Below, in pieces: positions 1 through 13,560 of a stretch of DNA of 64,000 bases; position 1 is the first letter of the stretch, and every line of letters begins with the position of its first letter. A program made the position numbers and the translations under genes. The stretch covers positions 23,498,001 to 23,562,000 of the forward strand of contig CM022671.1 in NCBI GenBank assembly GCA_012295275.1. Reading direction: 5' to 3'. The notes under the pieces were generated by a model. It was not told the origin of the DNA and did no database searches. It saw only the letters and a program-made list of their open reading frames with translations. The stretch comes from Chrysomallon squamiferum (Eukaryota; Animalia; Mollusca).

Positions 1-1568
1 GAATCACTGATAGAAGACTTTATTTTTGTAAAAGAATCCAATGAAAACTAAAATAGTACGTTCATCGTAAGACTACAGAAACTTGTTTTAAAAGGGGCTG
101 GATGATTCCCGATCGTGATTTTATTGGTGGGCAGCAAACTGTATAATAAACTGGAGTAAATGTTATCAGTGCCAATGTCAGTGCAAAACAAGTTCCAAAC
201 ACAAATGAAACAGATTCGTGGAAACAGTATAGTAAATTAACGAGTCATGAAGTAAATAAGTCTAATCGAGTTTTGTATAAGGAATTTTATAAAATAATAC
301 TAGATACATTTAGACATATTGACTGTTAGTATAAAGAGTTTGTGCAGGAAATGAACTCATATTTGTAACTCAAAACAAAAAAGAACAAAACAATTTCTTT
401 CATTCTGTGTCATAGGGTGTGCGTGCGCCTTTACATGTGCGTGTGAGTGCGTGCATGCGTATGTGTATCTATGTATATGATTTTATGACTATCTAAATGT
501 GCTGAGTAAGGTGAAAACCAAAAACATTCAAAGCGAAAAACACAATTGTAAAAAAGCGAAAGTTTCTTACTTAACCAAGTTACTAACTAACTAAGTTTCT
601 TCGTTGGAATGAAATAGAATAAATTAAAATAAAATTTGTAAAAATTAAATACAGAAAATAAGACTGAAGAAATATATAAAGAGATAAAAAGAAAATTTAA
701 ATTAAAATTTTCAAATATTTCCTGTTTGAGTTACATTCTCCTAAATCTTTCCAGTCATTAGTTAATATCAACGTTGCACATAATACTATATCCTCCACTA
801 ACATTTATTTATATCTGTGTATATTATTAAATTACTTTCTTTTAAATGACTCACATTTTTAATACTTTTTTATCTGAACGAAATTCATTTTTCTTGTCGA
901 AAGAAAAGGTGGTTAGAGACCAGTGCATTTTTCAGATCGACTAAGTATGCGACAGAAACTCCCCGAAGATATTTCTCCGAAACTTATTATTCAGAGTAAA
1001 ATGTAATTATGCTTATTGAACATAATTGGCCCTAGCTCCTTCCGATAAAAAAAAACAGCCTGCAGGGAGTCGTTCAAAGATAAATTGGAGGAACAATAGA
1101 CGGTAGGTCTGCGAATACGATTCCCCTATCGACTGTTCCACGTTACGCTGTCAGTGTTCATAAAAAGCGTAATACGTCAGCAGGGAGCGATGACAATAAA
1201 TCCAAAACGATCATCATCGTTAGGATAACAGTCGCAGAGAGGACATCAATTTAGCAGCAAACAGTGCGCGTTCATTACCATACTAACTGTTACATGATAC
1301 AGGGCCCTGTCTGCATGTGACGAGAAAAAAACACCTCGAGTAGTTAGTTAAATATGAATATTCTATTTAGTCCTTCAAAAGTGTCAGCTTTTTTTTTGGT
1401 AATTTAGTAACCTGCTTCAAGTTTGGTTGTTTATTTTGAATGCGTAATTAACGACCTCAAAGTATGTTTATTCATATAAAATAAATGTCAGTAGCTTCAA
1501 GTAACCTATGGACCTGCTCTGAGAATAAATAAATAGATAAATAAACAAATAAATAAATTAATTAATAA

Positions 1569-1629
<61 letters not shown>

Positions 1630-2200
1630 TCAAAAATGAACAAACACAACAGTCTGTTTTACTAGTCCGACAAAAGCAAATACAAATATAACGAAAACGT
1701 TTTTCGCAAAATTATATTCCTTATTGAAAAGAATTAAATTATTAAAATGCAAAGAATATATAATGGACATGACACAGACTTGGTGTTTGTTGTTGTTGTT
1801 GTTTTTTTGTGTTTACTGTTGTTGTTGTTGTTTTTTTGTCTTATTACATGCGTTGATCAAACATATTAACATTTTTTAAATTATTATTACTGTTTTATTT
1901 TTTTATTTTATTTTCAATTTTTTAATTTAATTCTTTTATTATTATTTATTTGATTGGCTTTTTATAATTATTGTATTATGATTTTATAATTATGTACGAT
2001 AAAAGTAGTAAAATAATAGTTATGACTGAACCCAAAAAAGAAGGATATTATATAACCAGAATATAGAAATTAATATGAACTGGGAAAACCAAAGTCACTG
2101 ACAATAATGGTAATGATAATTAACAGTTATTAACTTTTGAACTAGTTTCAAAATATTTAATAAATATTTAGATATTACATGAACGTTTTTTCCAGTAACA

Positions 2201-2202
<2 letters not shown>

Positions 2203-2271
<69 letters not shown>

Positions 2272-2274
2272 TTA

Positions 2275-2340
<66 letters not shown>
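2203..2340 (+). repeat. (TTA)n microsatellite
   Basis: Direct reading; similar AAT/ATT arrays at ~1570-1627, 10911-10982 and 24957-25029. Confidence 0.95.
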
Positions 2341-2342
<2 letters not shown>

Positions 2343-4528
2343 TTTTTTTTTTTAATTACATCCTTTAATTTATTTTATATTATTAACCATTTCAAAAACA
2401 GTTAAAGTTTATCATAAAAAAAAAACCCAAAACAACATACAACTACTATTTGATATTTAGGTTGTGTTCAAGTCAGTAAAATTACCAATGTATTAATAAC
2501 GATCATGAGAGAATAAACTAAAGGGATTATTTTTAATAAGATCAGACTTAACAAATTATTTATTTCTAAATTAATGTACAACATATGAAAACTTCGTATT
2601 AAATACAGTTTTTCAAAATACATATTACAGGTTAATAGATCATATACGTGCAAAAATTATCTTTTGATTCAATGCCGATTTAAAATTATATCTATAACAG
2701 TTCTTTTTTCATTTGTTTTTAATTTTCAAAAAAGATGATTTGATAGATTTCCTATTTGCACTTAAAACAACTATTTTCATAAACCTGTTGCAGCATTTCA
2801 GAATGAAGTATTAGTGTCTAAAATTCAGTATCCACTAATAATAATAATAATAATTATTATTATTATTATTAATTAATTAATTAATTAATTATTCAAATTA
2901 AATCACTAAGTGAAAACAAAAGATATGTCGTACAAATCACAAAATAAAAGTATATGAAGATAAAGCTGTTGAATAACATTAAGCGTAACACGTCGTGGAT
3001 ATCAGTCTATGCGCGCAACATAATTTGTGGACGCTAAAACCTTATAATAATTATAACGATTAAATTACCATGCTTATAATAAAAAGTGACTTACCTGACA
3101 GACAACCATTAATTTCGAAGAGGGTGTTCTTGTTGGAGAAAAAATACCTGGAAAACTGAAGGTTTTTTTTCCCTGAAGTCATTTCAGAAAAAAAAAAAAA
3201 AAATGTCGACTGCCGTTAAATATAGGAAAAGAAAAAAAGTGAAATATTTGTTTTTGTCTGTTAATTTTTTAATTTTAATTTTTTTATTATTACTATTACT
3301 ATTATTTTTTTTTTTAATAATTGTTATTTTTATCAAATATAATTTTACATTATCAATTTACTGCTCAAAATCATCAGTTTTATTTAAATCAGTTATAAAC
3401 AGGTATTGTTATTATTAGTAGTATTATTATTATTATTATTTTTTTTTTTTTTTTTTTTTTTAAAAATTAGGAATTTAAAAAAAATTATTTTATGTATAAC
3501 AATAATAATTCTATATAATAATAATAATGATAAATCCTGATTTTTTTTTTTTAAGTCCTAAAATAAAACTATTTAAAAAAAAAACATTTCTTACATATAT
3601 TCATAACGCAATTAATTTTCTGTATTAAGCCAAACAACAGAACTCGTTATACGATAACGACGGTGATACTGCAAGAGGACTGCGGTGCGCTGACCGCCAT
3701 TGTGGCCAGGAAATTGCAATGGAAGAAATCATCTGTGAGACACGCAGACGTGACTTTTGTCGAAGCTAATCACGGATTTCATGTTTTATTGGCGATTGCC
3801 TGCGATACATCATAATGAACCTTTTGCTAATCTATGCGTCTGTCTCTAACTAAGATCGCATAATTTGATTAGATTTCATTAATTCCACAAGTCCTCGGAT
3901 TCCCTTTCATATTCCAGTCCTAGTTTTATTGATGTCCGTATGCGACTATTAAAGAATACCGAGGGAAATGAACGAAAGAGAAACTGTAGTAATTGGCAGC
4001 ACTGTTAGATGTTAAAATGTTTTGGGAATAAGCTGGCAGTTTTAAAATATAAAACTAAATAAAGAAGCATAAAATATTTGATGGGTGTAATTTGTTTTAC
4101 GGGGGTGTGGGTTGGCGTGTTATCATCATGGGACCTTTTTGACTAAACGGTAACTGAAATATTTCGTTCACAGTCTGATTTCGTAAAAAAATATATGTCC
4201 GTTCTGGAAGAATCAATTGTAAATAATACAGTATAAGATTAATTAAAATGGCCATTAATAAAATCGAAATTAAATTATATATCCGAACACAACCGATAGA
4301 TAAAAGTTCTTAAATTACTCGTCTGCAACAGTGTATTGTATTCATCACAACAGAGTTTCAGAATATTTTAATTCAATGCAATCGATCAATATATAAAAAA
4401 AAAATACTTCTTGGATGACGCACTGGCAGAATTTAAATTGTAAATTTTATAAATTTAGTAAGCTAACATTATAACTATTTTATATGAATGCCTGTTTAAC
4501 GAATATTTCTCATATTTTTTAATTATTA

Positions 4529-4568
<40 letters not shown>

Positions 4569-4659
4569 AATTACGGTAAAAGTTTAAAATGTTCTTAATC
4601 TACGCTTTTCATTATTAAAAGTATCCCTCAAAGTTACGTTTCATTGTACAACAGTCTTA

Positions 4660-5230
4660 GTTTAGAATGTTGATACAAACTATAGTTTAGCACATGTTAA
4701 CTAATCCAGAATATATTACGACAAACACTGAATATTATTATTAAAATAATAATAATAATAATGTTAATACAAACTCTTGTTCAGAATATTAATACAAATG
4801 TCTGAAGAGAATTCAGTGTAGATTGATGTTCACAGTAGTAACATAAAATTAACTCAGAATATTAATACAAATCTTAAAATAAAACATTAATAGACACTCT
4901 AATGAAGAATATTAATACAAACTCTTTTTTTTAGAAAATTAACTTAAACTCCATTCCAGAATATTAAAAATATTGTAGTTAGAATACTTAATATTAATTA
5001 AGACTTTTGTTACAATTATTAATACAAACTGTTAATCAGAAAATTAAATTTCAGTATATTAAGACACTTTAATTAGAACATTAATTCAAACTCTTGATCA
5101 GAAAATTAATATAATCCCTTTTTCAATTTATTACGATATTTTATTACGATATTATTAGTAATTCGGGCTTTTATTAAGAAATATATTTCGGAATATTAAT
5201 ACAAATTCTTCTTAATATAAAATCGTGTTC
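4660..5230 (+). repeat. Degenerate AT-rich minisatellite, core CAGAATATTAATACAAA
   Basis: Recurrent (C)AGAATATTAATACAAA and variants at ~4782, 4855, 4906, 4957, 5190, with ~25-30 bp periodicity. Confidence 0.7.
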
Positions 5231-5856
5231 AACATTTTATTCATTATACAATAAAACATCAGACATTAATATTAGCTCTCATCAACTAGCGATATCCTTT
5301 TTTTGTGTGAAAAAAATAAAATAAAATAAAAAATTATAAAAAATGATGGAAAAAAATCAAAAAGGAAAAGAATCTTAAAAATATTTTTAATCAGTTCTTC
5401 GTCCCTCTTCTCCGGACATTTCCATAACAAGCAAGATTTGTTATTAACCATGTTTCGCTAAATTATTCCAGTTTCACGAGCATTTACTATTCCCAGATGG
5501 GTTTTCAAAATGCGACCTAATTAAAGAAAAACACGAAAATGCTCGTAACTGAAGGAATTCTTAACAAACCGCTTTCTGCTTTTCGGCACATCGCGATTAG
5601 TACAGGAAAGAGACTGAATAGGAATCGTTAATGTGAAAAGTGAAAATTAGACGTGTTTTTGACATGGACTCGGCAGTATATTTCATCTTCAAATGTGGAT
5701 CATGTTCATTTTTTCGTTCGTTTAAATGAAAAGTGTTGACCTTGACATCTCTGATAATTTCTTTTGAATTTTTGTACTTTTGAGGTTTTCTTTGAACTTT
5801 TTTTAATTTTATTTATTTATTTTTTTATTATTTTTTTATTATTATTATTGTTTGTG

Positions 5857-5888
<32 letters not shown>

Positions 5889-7808
5889 CAGTACTGTAAG
5901 AACTGATCAAGGTTGAATTTATGGGGATTTAGATTAAGTTTTTAAATACAAGCACATTTATGGTCATTTAATCTGGTCTTATTAGTCGAAGATTCTGATT
6001 TAGATTGCAGTATTATTATAGTTTAGTTTTTATTTTATTGGAAGATTTCGACATTTATCTGATGCAAACATTCACAAACCTATATCCACATATTCTGATA
6101 TGTGATAGTCAGGTTAGCAGTGATAGATATTATGTTTGCATCGTTTTTTATATATTACAAAAAGATACCAAGGTATTTTTTTTTTTTTTTTGTGTTTTTT
6201 TTTAAATGAAAAATAATATTTTTTAATATATGCAAAAACGTTAAGGAAGAAGGTATCAGGAGTATTCATGAATGTCAAACTCCTGATTTAAAGGTTGAGG
6301 TGTTATTTTAATTTTGGCATCTTTCCATATTAATTAATCAGAACCTACGTTATAACGCAAATTCTGTTTAATTAACAGAAATCTTAGTATTCATAAGTGC
6401 CAGACACATGCTGCAGCAGAACCCGAAACAAGAAAAGAAATGTAAATTAAACCCAGAAATACTTGTACAAAGAAGCAGTTTGTGAGATTTTTTATTTTTC
6501 ATTTTTTTTTTTTTTTTTTTATTATTATTACATATTCATAACGTTACTGAATCCCCAGACAAGATTTTAAAAAATAATTAAATGAAGGGAAATGTCATCA
6601 CGTTTTGGGTTGTAAAATGTCTGTCTCACTAACTACGTTGTTTGTAATGCTAACCGTGTGTGTACGACTAAACTGACGGCGGCATCTTAAGTTGCCTTTC
6701 GGAGAATCTCGCCAAAAGCTGATTACAACCTTTAATTCCATCTCTTGTGATTATAACTGGGCTATTCCAGCAGACCGATTGCTTCTGGAACAAGTACGGC
6801 TAATAAAAATTGACAAAACTGATCGAGTGCTTAGGCGTCAGGGATTGCAATTCAAGATACAATTGCATTAAGAGGACGAGATCGTAGAGCGGAGAGTTGT
6901 TCGAATCCTTCAGGATCGATACAAGACGCGCTGGCTTGCTTTATGACGCCAAGAGGCACAGGCAATTAAGGGATGTTTGGTACCGTGGGGTGAACAGGGC
7001 AGCGGGATAATTTCTCTGAAACCGTCGAGGCAAATGGCTAGATCTTGTTTGTCATGACGAACACGGGCTGGGCAAATGGATGGACCGAGTAAAAAGACGT
7101 CCCGAACTATTAAAACAGAACGTCTTGGAATGGCGCCCGCGGAAAACAAATTGCTCGCAGTCGATCGAGTGATTCATGACGATTGATGCCTGTTGAATTC
7201 TGAGTTTCATTAGTTCTGTGTAATTTACTCAAATCGCGTTTGGCTAGCCGTGCCTTTATCAGCACGCCGCGGTGATTTAAGTGAACACGAACGGGGCCAT
7301 TTTGTGCAAACCGATGGCAATCAGTTGATGTTTTTTCGTTTGATTTGGCGGATGAATCTTGATTTCCCGCGAATCGTATTTGCTCGCAAGAATGAGTCGT
7401 TTGCTCAAATGGAAGATTCGCGTTTGATTTTTTTTAACACGATTGATGTCTTTATTGTACCTTTTGATACCTTTCATCCCCAACAATTTACTTGAAAGAA
7501 TAAACAGTGTCTGTTGTTAAAGTTTCATATAATTTATTATCGGTGTATCAGATTGATGTTAACTGCATGTCAGAAATAAACAGTGTTTTATTCTGCTGTG
7601 TGAAGTTATGTGAGATTGAGGAAGAAGCAGATAAACATTAATTAACACTTTGAAACATTTTAATGGATGATGCTCACAGTAAATAATGACTAACATTTCA
7701 AAAAATTTCAAACATTTCCTAAAACCCTTTAATAAATAACCCCAAAAAGAAACAATCTTGAAAAAATACATCAAATACATATATTTTCATTTCCGTCTTC
7801 TATCTTTA

Positions 7809-7858
7809 TATGCTTATGCTTATGCTTATGCTAATGCTTATGTTTATGCTTATGCCTA
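7809..7858 (+). repeat. (TATGCT)n hexamer microsatellite
   Basis: About eight imperfect copies. Confidence 0.85.
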
Positions 7859-9360
7859 TAAAAACAGTAGCAAAAAGAGAGTGGTATTGTCATAGATTTT
7901 TTCTGACGATTTAGTAAAATCCACTAGGTCATAGTTTCTTACGTTCTGTATATAAAATAATAAAGAACCTCTTCTAATATTATGCTATGTAGATGAACTA
8001 GGAATCTGAATGTGTTTCCAACTGTGTAGTCGGTTCAGAGTAGCTGACTTAGACATCCTCCTGCTTTCTGTGTATGAAAATGTATCAAGCTTCTTCTTTA
8101 CTAGGCTAGACAGTCTAAAATCCTGAATGTTCGTTCTAAACCTACTCATCTGTTTTCTGCAGCGATATATTTCAATTTCGGATTTCTAGTTGGAAGGTTT
8201 TTGCTGGGTTTTTTCTTTTTTTTATCTGTCTCTCTCTTGTGCGAGGAGTGGCCAAATGAATTATTAATTTTAAAGTGAATGAAACCTTCCTAAAAAAATA
8301 CAACAACCACAATGAAAAAAAAGAAAAAAAAAGTGACTAATAGTAATGAATGAGTGGTGGAGAATGCCTGGAATACTAAAATAAAATAATGTAATCTTTC
8401 TTCTGACTTAAAAGGAGTTTGATCGCGTGTTCAAGATTGCATGCTTAAATTCATTTAAAAGTGATTTAAATACCAACATGATAAACAATTCATAGTTATT
8501 TTTTTTAATTTTTTTTTAGAAACATGCTAAAAACCATGCATTTGTATTCGTATTAAATCACCACATTAAATCGACTGTAGTAATTCATGAATAAACACCG
8601 ACTGACCCACCAACTAGTGGAGTTCTTAACGAAAAGCATTCCATCTATATCCGTACAGGAATAACAAGAACATTTTTTTTTTTTTGACTTTATTTGTTCC
8701 CGTGAGGGTGAATGGATTGTAAAATGCATTTTGTGACCTATAAAAAGCGTTAGCTGTTTCTGACCACACTTAAGTATTTTTTCTGCTCGTTCCACTACTA
8801 CGGTTTTTTATTATATGTTTACACAGGTTGACATAGCACTGTAATGTGTGTATTTCCCCATGTTAAGTTGTCAACTGAGAACAATCAGGTGTTTCTCTTT
8901 CTCACGTCCTTGTACATTACTACGTTCACATCCGACACACCTAAGTTGTATGTCAAGTAAAAACAGAAAGGTTAATATTTATGTCAGAGTAGTAAAAATG
9001 TTTATTTATTTATTTATTAAGAAGGATGTTGCTTAAATAAATGAGACAAATTATTCCTTTTTCGTTAAGAATTTTTGTTTTTGTTTTTTGTTTTACAACA
9101 ACAATTACTATTACTACTAATGCTACTATAACCACTACTATAACTATTTCTACTACTACTACTAATGTTGCTGCTATAGCTACTTCTATTAATATAATTA
9201 CTATTACAACAACTACTAACTACTACCGCTACTACTATCGCTGCGACTGCGACTGAAGTTATGAAAAATGTATTGGTAAACTGGTCTATCCTATTAGATA
9301 AATGTAACAATTTAGAGATGAGAAAAAAAATCTGTATATCTGCGAAAAATTGTATTGAGT

Positions 9361-9361
<1 letters not shown>

Positions 9362-9446
<85 letters not shown>
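9362..9446 (+). repeat. (AG)n microsatellite
   Basis: Direct reading. Confidence 0.97.
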
Positions 9447-9450
<4 letters not shown>

Positions 9451-10128
9451 TACAACTCGCCCCATTTATTATAAACAGTTATCTTACAAAGCAGCAGTCT
9501 TTCTTGCCGACGTTAGCTGTTTTTTTGTTGTTGTTTTTTTTTTTTTATCATATGACACAGATACAGAAGACTTTGTGCTTTTAAGATTAATCTAGGCCAC
9601 ATCCACAAGTGGCGGAAGGAAACAGTATGAAGCTGTACTTAGTACGAAGCGCATTAACACAAAAGCTCTGACACCTTCGTCTTAGACGTCTGCTCGAAAA
9701 GCAGGAAGGTGCCACTTGGAGACGTTGTTCACGTGGTAGCCAGCGCACGCGCCTAGTGCTGCACAGTGCATGCAGCACACCCAGGAATAATCGCTACTCA
9801 TAACAAATAAAATTTCAATAATGACTTTACGGTCGCTGTCCTCAAAAAAGGTAAATAAGAACATGGCGGAGGAGGAAACGCTTGGTTGTCAAAGGTTCAA
9901 GTGATTTGATTGTCGTGCTGGTTGGAGCGACGTCGTTGCTTTGTTTTGCAATCACGTGCTCTTGTTATCACGAGAGTACGTGTCGTGCTGGTCTTTGAAA
10001 GTGATACACGTTCTCGTTAACACAGGACGTACGTGTCACTTGTACGTGTTACAACCATTTCATCCTTTAATTTGTCCTTTTATGGTACTATTTTGCTGAC
10101 GACGTATTTCAATAACAGTACATGTAGT

Positions 10129-10166
<38 letters not shown>

Positions 10167-10840
10167 TAACAACAACAACAGTAATAACGTGAACAGTAGT
10201 TGTTGTGTTTTTTGTTGATGTTGTTGCTGCTGCTGTTTAGCTTTAGTTTCACGGTTTAGTAACAGTATTATTATTGTTTTTAGTAGGAGTTATTTTAAAA
10301 TAATTATATATACGCACACACACACACACACACATAAACGCTCACACACTATACATTTAGGCTGGTTATAATCTGCTACTGATTAGTACTGATATCAGTA
10401 ACCGAAGTATAACAGGAACAGTAACAGCGACAGTAGCATTAATATTAGTGCTAAAAATCAGGGGGGAAATATCGTTGTAACTATTAGTATTTCAGTAATT
10501 TAGGTGCATTTCCACATATTTATAAATGTTATCATAGCAGTTCATTAACAATGATACAGTTATTTACCAAAAGTCTACATTACCTAAACAAACCGATATC
10601 AAATATATCATATAAGCATGTGTTTTTAAATGATTTCTAGTTTGGCTTTATATATGTTAGACGACTAATATTAGCTGTATTAAATTAGCTGTATTTTAAG
10701 AATGAAAGGTCCTGTGATCAAATCTAGCTAAACGCATGTAACGTAAGCTACTTGGAAAGATGTTGAAAGTTAAACTCAATGGAAAATAGGAATAGAACAT
10801 TTTTTTTTTTTTTTTTTTTTTTCTTTCTTTTTTTTTTTTT

Positions 10841-10885
<45 letters not shown>

Positions 10886-10910
10886 TTTTATTTTATTTTT
10901 AATCTCTCAA

Positions 10911-10962
<52 letters not shown>

Positions 10963-11483
10963 TTAATAATAATAATAATAATGAAACTTTATTTAACACA
11001 GTATAGAACATGTAAAAGTGAAATTGAAAGAGAATTATTATGATGTTGATATAATTTTCTAACAGATGTAGGCCACAGCATAACGTCCGTTTTACTCATA
11101 TCCGCTTCGGTCCTGGGAAATGTTTTCATCGCTGAACTTGAACATGTGTTTCGTATTCAATAAACATTTGATAAAAATGTTACCTTTGTTTAACAGTTTA
11201 GTTCTTACTCTGTGGTGTGAACATTTTTATGAATGGTTGGGTCATAAAGTCAGTGGAAACGTCTTTGTTTGCCTTTGTAAGAACTTCAAATAGAAATTTA
11301 AAATAAAATATATAGAGACTTTACGAATTAATCATAGTTTGACTTCAAATTATAAGATGACAGCTGTAACATTTCTTTAAGAATACTCGGTTAGAAAATA
11401 CACCTATTGTTGTTGTTGCTGCTGATGATGATGATGATGATGTTGCTGTGGTGGTGATGATGGTGGCATTGGTGGTCATAATT

Positions 11484-11516
<33 letters not shown>

Positions 11517-11892
11517 ACTGTTGTTCTGTTAATTCTCGTTACTGTTACTGTCGCCGTTTTGATTTTATTTTTATTATTTTTATTTTTAAAATATTTATTT
11601 ATGCGGGAGGAAAACAATTCAGAAGGAAAACGACAGCGAAAATTAAATTATCTGGTTTATTTACAATGTAACTGTTGCATTGGCTTGACCTTTAATTCCA
11701 ATGCAACCTAAAAGTGTGTTAACAGTCCGTGTTACGTGATGCTGTTATGTCACTGAGTGCAAGTTTAACAAAGTGCTCACAGTTCACACTGTAAACTATT
11801 AAGAATTATACGTAAAGCATGCTTCTGCATGTAGAATGAAATGTCAGTGGTCGCTGCTCAGAGAACAACATTTCTGTACTTAGAATACCGAT

Positions 11893-12045
11893 GGACCAAA
11901 TGTTGATAGACAAAATTTCAACGATTAAAATGTTGATGGACAAAAAATTACAAACATTAAAATGTTGATTGAGAAAATGTCAACGGTTAGAATGTTGATG
12001 GTCAAAATGTCAACGATTAAAATGTTGATGGACAAAATGTCAGCC
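11893..12045 (+). repeat. ~30-bp minisatellite (alternating AAAATGTTGATGGAC / AAAATGTCAACGATT)
   Basis: About five copies of the 30-bp dimer are read directly from the sequence. Confidence 0.85.
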
Positions 12046-12644
12046 CCAAAATATTCATATATTTAAAATATATTTTTAAATATTTCATCTTACAAATTTG
12101 TCAAATTTGCACTGCCTAAGTATAGAAATACGTTAACCTTAGCTATTCGTGTAAATAATTTATTTAGTTGTGAAAAAATTAAATGTAGAAAAAATAAAAG
12201 TGACAAACTGATGATATGACAACTTTTCAGTGATACGGTCATTCGATGCAGTCATCACAAGCTTTGTATTTTATTTTCGTACTTGATTATTGATAAAGTT
12301 TTAATACATATAAATACACGTACATGCATACTTGCATACATACAAACAAACACACACACACACACAGACACACACGTGTATATATATAGCCATGTATTCT
12401 AAATATATCCGTGGTTGAAAGTATCACCAACCGTTTACAGAAGTTATCTTTATTCAGTAAAAATTTACGTTAAAAATCTGAGATAATCTCTCTGGTGTTA
12501 ATAAACTGAATCCAGTCTGTCAGAAGAAAAAAAAAAAGAACCTGACCCCTTAACTCAAAACTTCAGATTTTATTATCGATTGTTAATCAACATCTACCCT
12601 TCGTTGAAAAGACATATTCTGTGATAAGATAAGGTATATCTTGA

Positions 12645-12678
<34 letters not shown>

Positions 12679-13004
12679 CATCATCGCCGTGCCAGTCCCG
12701 CAAGCAAATGTTTGGGTGAAGTGATGCCAAGAAATATTTTTGAAAACGAAGTTATCGACATTTTCACACAAACGACCTGTTAATGTTTGTTTGATTAATG
12801 TTAGCACTCTGATAGCCACAGAACATCTGGAACGATAACGGAGAGTGTGTATTTTAAGTAAATAAAAGTTTGATTATTTCATGGAATCAAGATAGAAGAA
12901 AAAGAAACGAAAAACATACAAACAGACAGTATATAGATAGACAGATGAAAGAGAGAGAGAGGTAATTAGGAAAGAAATATATAGAGAAAAATAAATGGGG
13001 GGGG

Positions 13005-13105
<101 letters not shown>

Positions 13106-13398
13106 ATATTTCTACCTAATTTTGGTTGTTGTCATATTTCATGTTTCAATGCACTTTAATATGAACCTTTTTTCATTATAGTTTTTAAAATAAACGTTTA
13201 AACGTGTATTACGTACATGTATTGATATGTGTACATGTGCATGTGTATGTGTAATTATTTGCACTATTTTACAGTTACATATAAGAATGAAATGCACACA
13301 TCTACATATATATTTTTATATGTATACATGTGTGTGTGTGTTTGAATGTCTATTACTCATATAAAACGTTAACATTTTGTATGTTTGAATATATGTAT

Positions 13399-13439
<41 letters not shown>

Positions 13440-13481
13440 AAGATAGATAGATAGGTAGGTAGGTAGGTAGGTAGGTAGGTA
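13399..13481 (+). repeat. Compound (GATA)n(GGTA)n microsatellite
   Basis: Direct reading. Confidence 0.95.
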
Positions 13482-13525
13482 TTACATACACTCATGCACA
13501 TACAGACTCACGGCCACACACACGA

Positions 13526-13560
<35 letters not shown>

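Noticed and set aside
6910-7495. Short ORFs (79, 81 and 69 aa) in the GC-rich island
   Set aside because: No recognisable domain, overlapping on opposite strands, and expected by chance in GC-richer DNA.
9261-9584. ORFs with ERER/SLSL/CVCV/poly-I/poly-N/poly-T runs (also 11345-11711, 20284-20763, 24783-25058, 25620-25874 and others)
   Set aside because: These are translations of microsatellites, with no splice context or homology.
9863-9904. ATG in strong context encoding MAEEETLGCQRFK*, resembling the CFAP251 start MAEEE
   Set aside because: Only 13 codons with no convincing donor; better explained as part of a YY1-like motif, and the similarity is probably chance.
11660-11710. GTTGCATTG similarity to miR-33
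   Set aside because: The seed and 5' part of miR-33 (GTGCATTGTA) are absent and the stem is too short for a pre-miRNA. No other conserved miRNA was recognised in the window.
11893-12045. Regularly spaced repeats as a possible CRISPR array (also 4660-5230 and 15020-15140)
   Set aside because: Eukaryotic context, no unique spacers and no cas genes; these are simple tandem repeats.
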